A stretch of 64,000 nt of DNA from a bacterium (lineage in GTDB: Bacteria > Patescibacteriota > Saccharimonadia > UBA4664 > JBBRNT01): contig JAYUFZ010000006.1 of NCBI GenBank assembly GCA_043767845.1, forward strand, positions 6,726 through 70,725, read 5' to 3'. The notes under the pieces are model-generated. The model did no database searches, had not been told where the DNA came from, and saw only the letters and a program-made list of their open reading frames with translations. Made by a program: the position numbers and the translations under genes. Each line of letters opens with the position of its first letter. Within the stretch, counting starts at the first letter, position 1. Positions 1 to 9,496 of the stretch are shown one piece after another.

Positions 1-42
1 CTGTTTTTTATATCCCTCGGGCTAGGGTAGGAATGTAATCGG

Positions 43-540
43 CTAGGTGAGTATGCTTTGGTCGCTGCGCACAAAGTAGCAGGTGTAGCCGCCGGGGTTC
101 TTTTGCAAGTAGTCCTGGTGGTAGGCCTCAGCTGTCCAGAACTTGCTGAATTTTTCCAGGCTGGTGACAACTGGATTTGGGTAGAGGCCTGAGGCGTTAA
201 CCATATCGATTACGCCTTTGACGGTAGCCAGCTCTTCCTCATCCTGGTAGAAAATAGCCGAGCGGTATGAGGTTCCACGGTCGTTGCCCTGCTGGTTGAG
301 GGTGGTGGGGTCGTGGATGCGAAAAAAGAAATCGAGCAAGGCTTTGTAGGTGGTCTGACCCGGATTATAGGTAATAGCTAATGTTTCGGCGTGGCCACGA
401 TGGTTCTCGTAGGTTGGGCTCTCATTATCGCCGCCGCAGTAACCGACCTCAGTATCGGTCACGCCTGGCAGTTGACGTACTAAGTCCTCAAGTCCCCAGA
501 AACAGCCGCCTGCTAGATAAATTGTTTTACTCTCAGCCAT
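43..540 (-). CDS. msrA: Peptide-methionine (S)-S-oxide reductase MsrA
   Basis: GGCFWG active-site motif, HAE, HDPT, QGNDRGTSYRSAIF, AEAYHQDYL, GYTC. Confidence 0.97.
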   Translation of the reverse strand: MAESKTIYLAGGCFWGLEDLVRQLPGVTDTEVGYCGGDNESPTYENHRGHAETLAITYNPGQTTYKALLDFFFRIHDPTTLNQQGNDRGTSYRSAIFYQDEEELATVKGVIDMVNASGLYPNPVVTSLEKFSKFWTAEAYHQDYLQKNPGGYTCYFVRSDQSILT

Positions 541-615
541 GTCTCTCGCTTTCGAATTAACGTTTATTTCTTTTATGTAATAATACTATATTCGCTTCAC
601 GGCAAGCCGCTTAAA

Positions 616-1443
616 TTACTTAAAAGTGTCACAAGCGGCCGGTTTGCCAGACGTGTAGCCAGTATTGAACCACTGGACACGCTGCGCCGAGGAGCCGTGG
701 GTGAAGGTTTCCGGCCGCACCTGCCCCTGGGTTTGTTTTTGAATTTTGTCGTCACCGACGGCCGCAGCAGCATCTATTGCCTTATTGATCTCGCCGGGCG
801 CGAAAACGCCTTGCTGCGAGAGGGAGTAGGCCCAGACCCCAGCAAAGCAATCGGCTTGCAGCTCGACCGCAACGGAAATTTGATTGTCTGTTTGACGCTG
901 TTGTTCTGTACGCTTCATAATACCGAGCTGGTTTTGGACGTGGTGGCCGACCTCGTGGGCAATAACGTAGGCTTGGGCCACGTCGCTATTGCCGCCGCCC
1001 AACTTCTTGAGCTCATCGAAAAAGGTCTCATCAAGGTAAATAGTACTATCGAGTGGGCAGTAATGCGGCCCGACTTGCGACTGTGCCCCACCGCAAGCCG
1101 ACTGGGTAGCCGAACGGAAGAGTACCAGCTTCGGCTCGGTGTAGGCCTTGCCCGACTGGCTAAAGATACCGTGCCAGGTATCATTGGTCGATCCCAATAC
1201 TGTCGAAGTAAACTTCTCATAGTCGTCCACGCCGGCAAACTGGCTGCTTTGCTGCTGTCCTTGGGAGTTTTGCAGCTGGCCAAGTACGCCGCCAAGTGTA
1301 TTGGCGGCATCGCGGTGGCCGGTCAAGCTAAGAATTAGTACGGCAATAGCACCGATGCCACCGAGCCCGCCCAGAGCCAAGGGTGCATTGCTACGCCGGT
1401 CATCTACTGCGCCGCGGGTTGTGATCTTGCTCCAATCTGCCAT
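616..1443 (-). CDS. Neutral zinc metallopeptidase (YpfJ / Zn_peptidase family), N-terminal membrane anchor
   Basis: VDDRR N-terminus, GPHYCP, YVIAHEVGHHVQ, ELQADCFAG, FTHGSSAQR. Confidence 0.92.
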   Translation of the reverse strand: MADWSKITTRGAVDDRRSNAPLALGGLGGIGAIAVLILSLTGHRDAANTLGGVLGQLQNSQGQQQSSQFAGVDDYEKFTSTVLGSTNDTWHGIFSQSGKAYTEPKLVLFRSATQSACGGAQSQVGPHYCPLDSTIYLDETFFDELKKLGGGNSDVAQAYVIAHEVGHHVQNQLGIMKRTEQQRQTDNQISVAVELQADCFAGVWAYSLSQQGVFAPGEINKAIDAAAAVGDDKIQKQTQGQVRPETFTHGSSAQRVQWFNTGYTSGKPAACDTFK

Positions 1444-1535
1444 ATCTATCCTTTCATTATGTATCAGCCTACAGTTGTGTTATTGAGCGGTCAGTAAGAT
1501 AAATCACTACCAGCTCTATTGGCGTATTCTGGCCA

Positions 1536-1568
1536 AATGAAAACACCCCCACAGGTTCGTGGGGGTGT
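1536..1568 (-). terminator. Intrinsic terminator of the metalloprotease gene
   Basis: ACACCCCCAC/GTGGGGGTGT 10-bp stem (1543-1568) followed by a T-rich tail on the minus strand. Confidence 0.75.
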
Positions 1569-1600
1569 CGGGTAATCGGTGGACGGCAGGTCTAGGAGTC

Positions 1601-2446
1601 CTACTCAGCCAAGTAGACTGAGGACAGGAGGCTACTTCCATCCTGGAAATCGAGCTGGTAGAGCTCGAGCCGGCCGTTGCCGGAGCGAAAGACGCGACGG
1701 CCCATGTTCTGGCGGTTGTCGTGGTCGGCGGTATCAAGCTCAGCGGCGCTGGCGGTGGTACTGGCCAAGGTCGTCGAACTGTCGAGGTGGGCATAGATGA
1801 TGTCCAACTCTTCGTAGTCATGCGCATTTGGGTGCTGGCTGCCGATGTCGCTGGAGTAGTCCATGCAGGTGCCCAGAGCTGCGCCGGTTTCGTCTTGGTG
1901 TCCGAGGCCGACGGTGTGGCCAATTTCCTGACACATGACATGGTTCTTCTCGGCCGTGTTGTTGTAGGCGGCCGTGTTGAAGTAGGTGTCATTCATCTTG
2001 GTCGTGCCCTGGGTGATGTGCCCATCAGCCGTGATCCAGATTTGGGCCAAGCCCAGCCAGCCGTTGCTTCCATACTTGGAATTGCAGACTTCCACTCGCC
2101 CAAGCGTCGCCCGGCAGGTTCGGTTGGGTTTGGCGGCGTTGGGGGCGATGACGGTGTTGAGGACATCGGAGGCCGACCAATCGGTCATGGCTGTCGAGAA
2201 CTGGGCTTGCCAGTTGTTGGACAGGTTGTTGCCGAGTTGGACCACAAATGGATTGCTTGTCCTGGCCCAGTGGTAGCCGCCCCAGGAGTGGGTGGCGTTG
2301 GCGGGCTGGGCGGCGAACAGGAGGCTGAGCATGGCGGCGAAAGCTACCAGGACGACGCCTCCGCGTCGCTTGCTTAGTGCACGGTTGAGACGTCGGGTGG
2401 GTAGCTGCTTGTTCACAGGTGCCTTTCGGAAGGTTTTTGATTTCAA
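1601..2446 (-). CDS. Secreted matrixin/metzincin-like peptidase with variant QExxHxxGxxH motif
   Basis: Signal peptide ending AQPANA; MCQEIGHTVGLGHQDE followed by Met-turn-like CMDY; start codon uncertain. Confidence 0.75.
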   Translation of the reverse strand: MKSKTFRKAPVNKQLPTRRLNRALSKRRGGVVLVAFAAMLSLLFAAQPANATHSWGGYHWARTSNPFVVQLGNNLSNNWQAQFSTAMTDWSASDVLNTVIAPNAAKPNRTCRATLGRVEVCNSKYGSNGWLGLAQIWITADGHITQGTTKMNDTYFNTAAYNNTAEKNHVMCQEIGHTVGLGHQDETGAALGTCMDYSSDIGSQHPNAHDYEELDIIYAHLDSSTTLASTTASAAELDTADHDNRQNMGRRVFRSGNGRLELYQLDFQDGSSLLSSVYLAE

Positions 2447-2608
2447 GGTCCGATATACTATATACTAATATCCTAAATATGTCTATATTTTTCATTCGCG
2501 GCCGCCCAGACAACGATTACTGGATTGTATCCACAGGCGCTCGAATGCGGTACATTTTACCTCTAAATGCGGGCGAGTAGCGTACAATAATTTCAATAAA
2601 GGATTTAT

Positions 2609-2878
2609 ATGAAAGCAATACTTTTGAAAAACTTGAAACTTGTGGTGGCAGTCTGCACCGCCGCGGCAATTTTACTGGTGCTGGCTGGCTTCCTGGTGCC
2701 GCTGGGATCCTACGTCACTGCCAAGGGAATATGTGGCAATCAACACGAGAGCTCTTCCGTGCAACGGCTGCACCTGATCCGTGGCGATAGTCTAGAGAAA
2801 GTTAAGTCAGCAGATATTGAGCCGGGCCCGGCCGAAGGTTGCAAGCCTCTGGTTGTGTATTATCTATATTTTTTCTAA
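2609..2878 (+). CDS. Small membrane-anchored hypothetical protein
   Basis: AAGGA RBS, N-terminal hydrophobic helix, extracytoplasmic Cys pair. Confidence 0.7.
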   Translation: MKAILLKNLKLVVAVCTAAAILLVLAGFLVPLGSYVTAKGICGNQHESSSVQRLHLIRGDSLEKVKSADIEPGPAEGCKPLVVYYLYFF

Positions 2879-2994
2879 ACAAACAAGGCAGCTAAGCAAT
2901 ACTTGTGGCGGGTAGATGCGGCCGAGTAACGTGCCTCCTGTAAACTTTCCAAAAAATCGCTATACTTAGTGCAGATTCTAGCAGGGAAGTATCG

Positions 2995-5556
2995 ATGCCC
3001 AAGATGAAATCCACCACTAAACCAATGGCCTCGCAATTTAAGAGTCGAGTCGGTTTTTTGATGGGCGGCGGAGACATGGCTCGTCGCATCGAGCAATTTC
3101 CCTGGTCAGATAATAGGCTTGGTCCACTCCAAAGTTGGCAGCCCTACCTCAAACACGCCATAAGTTTTATATTGAATTCGCCTTTACGGACGGTGTTGTT
3201 GGTAGGCGACGACGGTATTATGATCTACAACGATGCTTACGCGGCATTTGCTGGGGAGCGGGACACTGACTTGCTTGGCTCCCAAGTCGCTGACGGGCTT
3301 CCGGAGGCAGCTGACTTTCATCGCCAGGTTTTAAAAGCCGTCTTAGCCGGCAAGACTGTAACCTATGTCGACCAGCAGTTAAAAAGCTATCGCCGGGCGA
3401 CGGATCAAGAGATGTGGATGGATCTTAACTACAGCCCGGTGCTCGACGATGGCGGCATGCCATTCGCTGTAGTAGGAGTAGTACTCGAAGCAACGAATCG
3501 GATAGTAGCCGAAAGCCGCCGCTCAACCACTGAAACCGCCCTACAAGCCGAACGCCAGCGTTTACATGACCTATTTATGCGTGCCCCGGGCGGAATTGCG
3601 ATTGTGACCGGCCCAGACCTGAGGTTCCAATTAGTAAATAAGCCTTTTCAGCAATTATTGGGTGCTGGACGCAATCTCGCAGGGCAGGCGCTCCTCGACG
3701 CCGTCAGCGATCTCGACCCCAAGCTCATAGAAATGATTCGACGAGTATCGTTTCAGGGTGAACGTTTTGAGGCGCATGAGCTTCCAGTGACCCTTGATTG
3801 GGACAGCGACGGCTCGCTAAAAACGAAATACTTGGACTTTATCTGCGAACCCTATATGGAGAATAACCAGCCCAATGGGCTGATTGCCTATATTTACGAT
3901 ATGACCCAGCAGGTGAAGTCACGCAAGGAAGTGGAGGATCAGAACAGGGTGTTGGAAATGTTGGCCGGGGGCTCTTCCTTCGAAACCACATTAGACTTTT
4001 TGATCCGTACGATAGAAATGCAATCATCAGATGGTATTCTGGGGTCGATATTATTAATGAGTGATGATGGTACATCGTTGCAGCACGGCAGTGGTCCCAG
4101 CTTGCCAGCCAGCTACTTGCGGGCTATTGATGGGATCGCCGTCGGGCCGAAAGTTGGTTCCTGCGGCACTGCAGCTTACCGGAAACAGCCCGTATTCGTC
4201 AGTGATATAGCAAGCGATCCGCTGTGGACCGATTTTCGTGAATTAGCGGCTGCCCATAGTCTCAAAGCATGCTGGTCGACGCCTATATTTGGCTCTGACA
4301 AGCAAGTACTTGGTACATTTGCCCTTTACTACCGTGACGTTCACCGGCCAACGGCCGAAGATAAGCATAGTATTGAATTTGTGACCAGGACGGCGGCCTT
4401 GATCATCGAACACAGTAAAGCCGAAGATCTGCTGCGCCAAAGTGAGGAACGCTTCAGGTTCATGGCCGAAACCCTGCCTCTCAAAATATTTACAGCCGAC
4501 GCTGGTGGCAAGATCACCTATTTCAACCCACAATGGTCAGAGTTTACCGGCAAAAGTATGAAGGTATTGATGCGCGATGGGGTGCGTATGTTTATGCATC
4601 CCGAGGACGCCCAGTCGAGCATGCAGACGTGGATGGCGGCCCTCAAAACTGGCACTCCACTGCAAAACGAACAGCGACTGCTGAGGCACGATGGCCAGTA
4701 TCGCCGCCATGTAAGCTTCGCGCGCCCCATGCGCGACAATAATGGCCGTATCATCAGCTGGTTTGGGTCGATGACCGACATAGAAGACGTTTTACAGACG
4801 GTAGTCCAAAAAGAAAAGCTTGAGATTATGACTGCCGGGCTCAAAGAACAAAGAGCTCAGCTGGTAGCCCTCAATAACGCAAAAGATGAGTTTATAACAC
4901 TGTCTTCGCATCAGCTACGTACGCCGGCCACCGCTGTAAAACAGTACATCCACCTGGTGCTAGGGGGTCATTTCGGTGCCTTGACGCCTGCGCAGTTACG
5001 TAGCTTAACGATTGCCTACGAAAGTAATGAGCGCCAACTCAATATTATCAATGACTTACTTAAGACTGCCCAGATCGACTCTAATCGCTACACGCTCAAG
5101 AAACAGAACCTCAGCATTGTGGAGGTATTGCGCGATGCAATCGCCGAAATGCAGTCTTCGCTGCGCCTCAAAGGCCAGGTAGTGAGCTTTGACCCACCAC
5201 GTGGCTTGCCCAAGCTATTGGCCGACCGCAGTGATCTCAATCTAGTGTTTATTAACCTGCTAGAGAATGCCAGCAAATACAGCTATCCCAATAGCGCCAT
5301 CGAAGTGATAGTCACCAAGAAACCTAAAGCGCTGGAAATAGCGATAATCGACGAAGGAGTCGGTATTGAAAAGCAGCACGGTAGGCGTATTTTTGAGAAG
5401 TTTACGCGTATCGATAATGAATTGTCCGATACGGTCAGCGGCACTGGCTTGGGGCTGTATTGGGTCAAGCGCATACTCGCGTTACACGGCGGGAGTATCA
5501 AGGTAATTTCCGAGCCCAAGCTTGGCTCGCGCTTCATCGTGAGCTTACCACTATGA
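2995..5556 (+). CDS. Soluble PAS-PAS-GAF-PAS sensor histidine kinase
   Basis: PAS motifs (YNDAY, VNKPF, HPED), GAF (GSCGTAAY, IASDPLW, CWSTPI), H-box SSHQLRTP, N-box NLLENASKY, DEGVGI, GTGLGL. Confidence 0.95.
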   Translation: MPKMKSTTKPMASQFKSRVGFLMGGGDMARRIEQFPWSDNRLGPLQSWQPYLKHAISFILNSPLRTVLLVGDDGIMIYNDAYAAFAGERDTDLLGSQVADGLPEAADFHRQVLKAVLAGKTVTYVDQQLKSYRRATDQEMWMDLNYSPVLDDGGMPFAVVGVVLEATNRIVAESRRSTTETALQAERQRLHDLFMRAPGGIAIVTGPDLRFQLVNKPFQQLLGAGRNLAGQALLDAVSDLDPKLIEMIRRVSFQGERFEAHELPVTLDWDSDGSLKTKYLDFICEPYMENNQPNGLIAYIYDMTQQVKSRKEVEDQNRVLEMLAGGSSFETTLDFLIRTIEMQSSDGILGSILLMSDDGTSLQHGSGPSLPASYLRAIDGIAVGPKVGSCGTAAYRKQPVFVSDIASDPLWTDFRELAAAHSLKACWSTPIFGSDKQVLGTFALYYRDVHRPTAEDKHSIEFVTRTAALIIEHSKAEDLLRQSEERFRFMAETLPLKIFTADAGGKITYFNPQWSEFTGKSMKVLMRDGVRMFMHPEDAQSSMQTWMAALKTGTPLQNEQRLLRHDGQYRRHVSFARPMRDNNGRIISWFGSMTDIEDVLQTVVQKEKLEIMTAGLKEQRAQLVALNNAKDEFITLSSHQLRTPATAVKQYIHLVLGGHFGALTPAQLRSLTIAYESNERQLNIINDLLKTAQIDSNRYTLKKQNLSIVEVLRDAIAEMQSSLRLKGQVVSFDPPRGLPKLLADRSDLNLVFINLLENASKYSYPNSAIEVIVTKKPKALEIAIIDEGVGIEKQHGRRIFEKFTRIDNELSDTVSGTGLGLYWVKRILALHGGSIKVISEPKLGSRFIVSLPL

Positions 5557-5948
5557 AGACGGCCACAGTACTTATAATCGAGGATGAACAAATCCTCCAG
5601 GACGTTTATAGTCTCATCTTAGGTAGCAAGGGATATACTGTCGCAGTTGCCGAAAACGGTGCCGAAGGCTTAACCAAAATGAGAGCCGTAAAGCCGGATT
5701 TAATACTGCTCGACGTACTCATGCCAGTGATGGACGGCAAAGAATTCTTAAAAAATTTCGATGCAAGTGAATTTCCCTACACTAAGATCATAGCCTATAC
5801 CAATCTGTCGGACCGCCAAACCCAGCAAGAGATGGTCGAGCTCGGTGCCATGGAGTGTGTATTGAAGTCTAGTATGACGCCTGAAGACCTGCTCAATCTG
5901 GTGGGGCAGGTGCTGGAAACCGGCCATAAACATAAAAACAGGCCTTAG
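5553..5948 (+). CDS. Single-domain response regulator (receiver only)
   Basis: ATGA overlap with kinase stop; IIEDE, LLDVLMPVMDG, YTN, LKS. Confidence 0.93.
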   Translation: MKTATVLIIEDEQILQDVYSLILGSKGYTVAVAENGAEGLTKMRAVKPDLILLDVLMPVMDGKEFLKNFDASEFPYTKIIAYTNLSDRQTQQEMVELGAMECVLKSSMTPEDLLNLVGQVLETGHKHKNRP

Positions 5949-5963
5949 CAGGCCTGTTTTTAT
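5932..5963. terminator. Bidirectional intrinsic terminator
   Basis: Perfect 14-bp inverted repeat ATAAAAACAGGCCT-tagc-AGGCCTGTTTTTAT between convergent genes. Confidence 0.85.
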
Positions 5964-5979
5964 TGGTAAGCTTGGACTA

Positions 5980-6801
5980 CTAGATGAGGCTTAGTAGAAA
6001 GTTGACCACTGGGTTGCCTTTGGCTTTGCCATTGCTTGCAAAGTAGCTAACGCAATCGCCCTGGTTCTTAAATACTGGTGCTTCCGAAGTTTTCCAGCCG
6101 CCATTCTTGCATTCGTCCTTGGAGTGCAGTACTACTGGATCGGGCTCGAAATCGTAGGTCGTCACGGCACTCGTGGTGTTGATGACGACTTTGTCGAGGT
6201 AGCCCGCTAGGCCCGTGTCGCTAACTGTAGTATCACCGACGTTGAGGGCAATGAAGCTGATGGTGCTACCGGCAGGCATGCCTGCTAGGGTGGCGGGACA
6301 GGTGACGCTTGAACGTGCCCGCACGTTGACCGGTGTGGCGGTCGAGCTAAACGACGCTGTCGTAAAGCTGCTCGTTGAGCCCGATGTCGGCGCGTAGTCG
6401 AAGCGGCAGTCATAGTAGGTGGTTGATGCCGGTAGATTAGTATAGACATTCAAATAGAATTGGTTGGCACTAGCCGCCGTACCATTGCCGGCGATCAAAA
6501 AGTCGTAGGACAGCGAATTGAAGTCTGACACCAAGCTGTTGAGCGTCTTGGCCATGATGAACTTATCGGCTGGCGTCGCCCCAATCGGCTGCACATAGAG
6601 GCTGCCTTGCCCGATGCTGGCCTGGTCTTTGTTGAATTCATAGGGCGTTTGGTTGGACGGGTCCGGGTTAAGCAGCCAGCCTTGGTGGTTCGACGGACTG
6701 ACCACGACGGTACTTGCTGCGGCCAAGGCTGCTGGCGATATCATGAGCACCGGCAGGGCTACGGCTAGCCCGGCGGCTATTTTCTTTAATGTTTGATACA
6801 T
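5980..6801 (-). CDS. Secreted hypothetical protein with C-terminal CKNGGW...FKNQGDCVS disulfide motif
   Basis: GGAGGA RBS before ATG 6801; signal peptide ending AALA; beta-rich body. Confidence 0.8.
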   Translation of the reverse strand: MYQTLKKIAAGLAVALPVLMISPAALAAASTVVVSPSNHQGWLLNPDPSNQTPYEFNKDQASIGQGSLYVQPIGATPADKFIMAKTLNSLVSDFNSLSYDFLIAGNGTAASANQFYLNVYTNLPASTTYYDCRFDYAPTSGSTSSFTTASFSSTATPVNVRARSSVTCPATLAGMPAGSTISFIALNVGDTTVSDTGLAGYLDKVVINTTSAVTTYDFEPDPVVLHSKDECKNGGWKTSEAPVFKNQGDCVSYFASNGKAKGNPVVNFLLSLI

Positions 6802-6850
6802 AGATTCCTCCTTTAACCTTGCTAGCTTAGCAGCCCAGCGGCCCAATGGG

Positions 6851-6866
6851 TGTAACAATTGTTACA
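6851..6866. promoter_or_regulatory. Perfect palindrome TGTAA-N6-TTACA, candidate operator
   Basis: TGTAACAATTGTTACA is a perfect 16-bp palindrome 50 nt upstream of the 6801 start. Confidence 0.55.
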
Positions 6867-6905
6867 ATATTGTTACGTTTAAACACATGGTTTTTAGGAC
6901 TATAC

Positions 6906-7004
6906 ACGTCTCAGCTCGACAATTACTTTGCCCTGCTGACGCCAGAACAAAGAGGCGGATTGGCGCGCGTCCGATCTATTATCATAGAGGTTGTGCCAGA
7001 GGCC
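6906..7004 (+). pseudogene. Remnant of a DUF1801/YdhG-like gene
   Basis: (T)SQLDNYFALLTPEQRGGLARVRSIIIEVVPEA resembles the YdhG N-terminus; AGGA RBS precedes ACG rather than ATG; similarity is lost after PEA. Confidence 0.55.
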
Positions 7005-7112
7005 TTGCTCGTCAGCTGGTACTTACTCGCCGCGCCGCCATCGATAGGGCGTAGCTGGGGCGTGATATCGCTTATGGATGTAGTATAATGATGCCAAAGA
7101 GGAAAGCAATGC

Positions 7113-7880
7113 ATGTTTATACCATTATCTAGCCTGACCACGCTCGTCGGAGCAATAATAATGTTTGGGGCTTGGCTCTACGTCGGTAGCCGCCTCCAGT
7201 CTAGTGCTAGTGACGCCCAACAGCCGGTTCGCATGTTCCACAAGTTCTTTTTGTTCATGGCTATCTTCATGGTCTTCATGTGGCTGCCAAACTTCTGGCT
7301 TGCTCTAGCGCCAGAACGCTTTCCGCTGGCGATGGCGATTGGCTACGTGGTAGGCCATGTGTTTCTCTATATCGCTTTTTCCTACATTGCCCGGATGACT
7401 TGCCGGATTGTACCTAGGCTGAACTCTAAAGAAAAGCTGGTAACAATTGCCTGCTACATTCTGAGTGCGGTCATCACCGCCATTACTGCCATGACCATGA
7501 TCTGGGGCAAACAGCCAGCATATGACTATATTCATGGGGTAACGCTGCTGAACGCCTCGCCGATCGTTGGACCTTCAATCGGTATCTTTGCCTTGCTCAC
7601 GGTCATCCCGGCCGCGATTTTATTCATGATACACGCTTTCAAGTCACAGGGGAGTCGCCGTGTCCGTTCGTTGCTGCTCGGTATCGGGCTATTTGTGCTG
7701 ATGACCGGCGGGCCACTGCACGACAACGCCACGACAAGCACAATGTATATCATTGCCGATATCTCAGTAATTGCCGCCATGCTGGTGGTAGGTGTCGGTG
7801 TGGTCTACCGCCTGGAACAAAGCCTGGCTTTCTCCGAGCCAACACGGCCAGTTATGGCGCCATCATCTAACACTGTCTAA
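7113..7880 (+). CDS. Integral membrane protein, about 7 TM helices
   Basis: Seven hydrophobic segments, GAGGA RBS, TATAAT upstream. Confidence 0.85.
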   Translation: MFIPLSSLTTLVGAIIMFGAWLYVGSRLQSSASDAQQPVRMFHKFFLFMAIFMVFMWLPNFWLALAPERFPLAMAIGYVVGHVFLYIAFSYIARMTCRIVPRLNSKEKLVTIACYILSAVITAITAMTMIWGKQPAYDYIHGVTLLNASPIVGPSIGIFALLTVIPAAILFMIHAFKSQGSRRVRSLLLGIGLFVLMTGGPLHDNATTSTMYIIADISVIAAMLVVGVGVVYRLEQSLAFSEPTRPVMAPSSNTV

Positions 7881-7966
7881 TAAGGACCGCGCCCTAAGCT
7901 GGTCAGCTGCTCCGAAGCTGCTTGCATAGCAGTAAGTCTTGGGCGTAACTCAATGCAGCCTATGGG

Positions 7967-9496
7967 CTAAAGCTGCTCAATAATAGTTGAGACTTCGGCT
8001 TGTACAACTTTGCCGTGGTCGCGGTCAAGCTTGCTAAAGGGCGGCACTTCTAGGTAGAACTTCGAGCCCTTATTGAGCTTGCTAGTGCACCAAACTTTGC
8101 CATTAAGCCGGTTAGCCAGCTCCAGGCAGAGGTATAACCCTAGACCGCTACCGCCAGTCTCGCGAATTCGAAAATCCTCTGAGCGGTAGAATTTCTCGAA
8201 TAAGTGCTTTTGGTCGCTCGCCGAAATACCGATGCCGCTATCTTCAACACTGTAGAGCACGCCCCCACCATGGCTCGGCTCGGCTTTGATAATGATGATT
8301 CCTTGCTTAGTGTATTTCAGGGCATTGCGCATGTAATTTTCTAAAATCTCCCGGATATGGTGCTCAGTGGAGAGGACGGTCGGGGTGCCAGCGCCGACAT
8401 TGTTCTTAATTACCAGGCCGGCGGATTCGGCTAGCGGAGTGAAGTCGCGTACCAGTTGGGCAACCATCACACCTGGGTCGACTGGCTCCAGGCGGACCTG
8501 GATATTATCGTTTTGGGCCTGGGACAGTGTCGTAAAGTCCTTGATGAGATTGGCCAAAAACAGGGTGTTGCGGTAGGCCTGCTCGACGAGCATGGCATTA
8601 TCGGCCGACAGCGAGCTCTTGGTCAAAAGAGCGGTTGAGAGAGCTGCTTCAATAATGCTGATCGGCGTCCGCAACTCATGAGAGGCAACCGAAATAAACT
8701 CCTCACGTTGCTGGTCGAGCGACTTTTGCTTGGTAATATCGCGAGCGGCCAAGATGTAGTTAGTGTCTCCCAGGTCCTCAAAACTTACCGGTGTAATGCT
8801 GATATCGAGTTCGACAGTGCTGCCGTCGGTATTAACGATCACCAGGTCACGGTGGCGTTGCGGCCCGGAATTACCTTTAACGATTGCCTGAAAAGTAACC
8901 GGCCCCTTGACCCGGTGTCGGAAGGGGAGCACATTCGATACATCTTGGCCTGCTAGGGAACCCTGCTCGGCCAGTCCAGCCAGCGAGTTGACTGCCGCGT
9001 TGGCGAGGACGATGTGCCCCTTGGCATCGATCACCAGCATCGCGTCATCGAGACTATTAAGTAGCGCCAGCAAGCGGTCACTTTCTATCCGGTTTTTAAC
9101 ACTCAAGCGCTCAAAGTCATCGCGCTCCTGGCGCTCGACGTGGGTTAGCCGCTCGGTCAGTAGCCCGATCAACAGCAGGATGAGCACACTGCCGAGACCG
9201 GCGCGTAGGGGGTCGAGAATAATAGGCGTGAAGGGGTGAGTCATGGTTAGCACCATGAGCCCGGCAAACTGGCCAGCTACCACTAGCAGCATGCCGTTGA
9301 TCGAGTACCAGTAGGTGGCCGAGATCAGAATTAGCACCAGCAAGCCGGTGTAGGGCGTATCGGCGCGACCGACCAAGAAGAGTAGTGAGAGCACGAAAAT
9401 ATTATCGATAATGAGCATACTAACCCGTGAGGCAAACAGCTTAACGCGCAGTAGGGCAGGGATGTAGCGGCTGAGATTGAAGATGACGCTGAGCAC
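7967..9496 (-). CDS. Membrane-bound PAS sensor histidine kinase (5' end probably extends to about 9663 across a frameshift)
   Basis: N-terminal TMs, PAS, ASHELRTP, NALKYT, DSGIGI, GSGLGL; frame stays open upstream to 9637 without a start codon. Confidence 0.93.
   Translation of the reverse strand: MLSVIFNLSRYIPALLRVKLFASRVSMLIIDNIFVLSLLFLVGRADTPYTGLLVLILISATYWYSINGMLLVVAGQFAGLMVLTMTHPFTPIILDPLRAGLGSVLILLLIGLLTERLTHVERQERDDFERLSVKNRIESDRLLALLNSLDDAMLVIDAKGHIVLANAAVNSLAGLAEQGSLAGQDVSNVLPFRHRVKGPVTFQAIVKGNSGPQRHRDLVIVNTDGSTVELDISITPVSFEDLGDTNYILAARDITKQKSLDQQREEFISVASHELRTPISIIEAALSTALLTKSSLSADNAMLVEQAYRNTLFLANLIKDFTTLSQAQNDNIQVRLEPVDPGVMVAQLVRDFTPLAESAGLVIKNNVGAGTPTVLSTEHHIREILENYMRNALKYTKQGIIIIKAEPSHGGGVLYSVEDSGIGISASDQKHLFEKFYRSEDFRIRETGGSGLGLYLCLELANRLNGKVWCTSKLNKGSKFYLEVPPFSKLDRDHGKVVQAEVSTIIEQL

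Noticed and set aside
697-2377. Long plus-strand ORFs 697..1338 and 1721..2377
   Set aside because: Antisense shadows of the two peptidase genes
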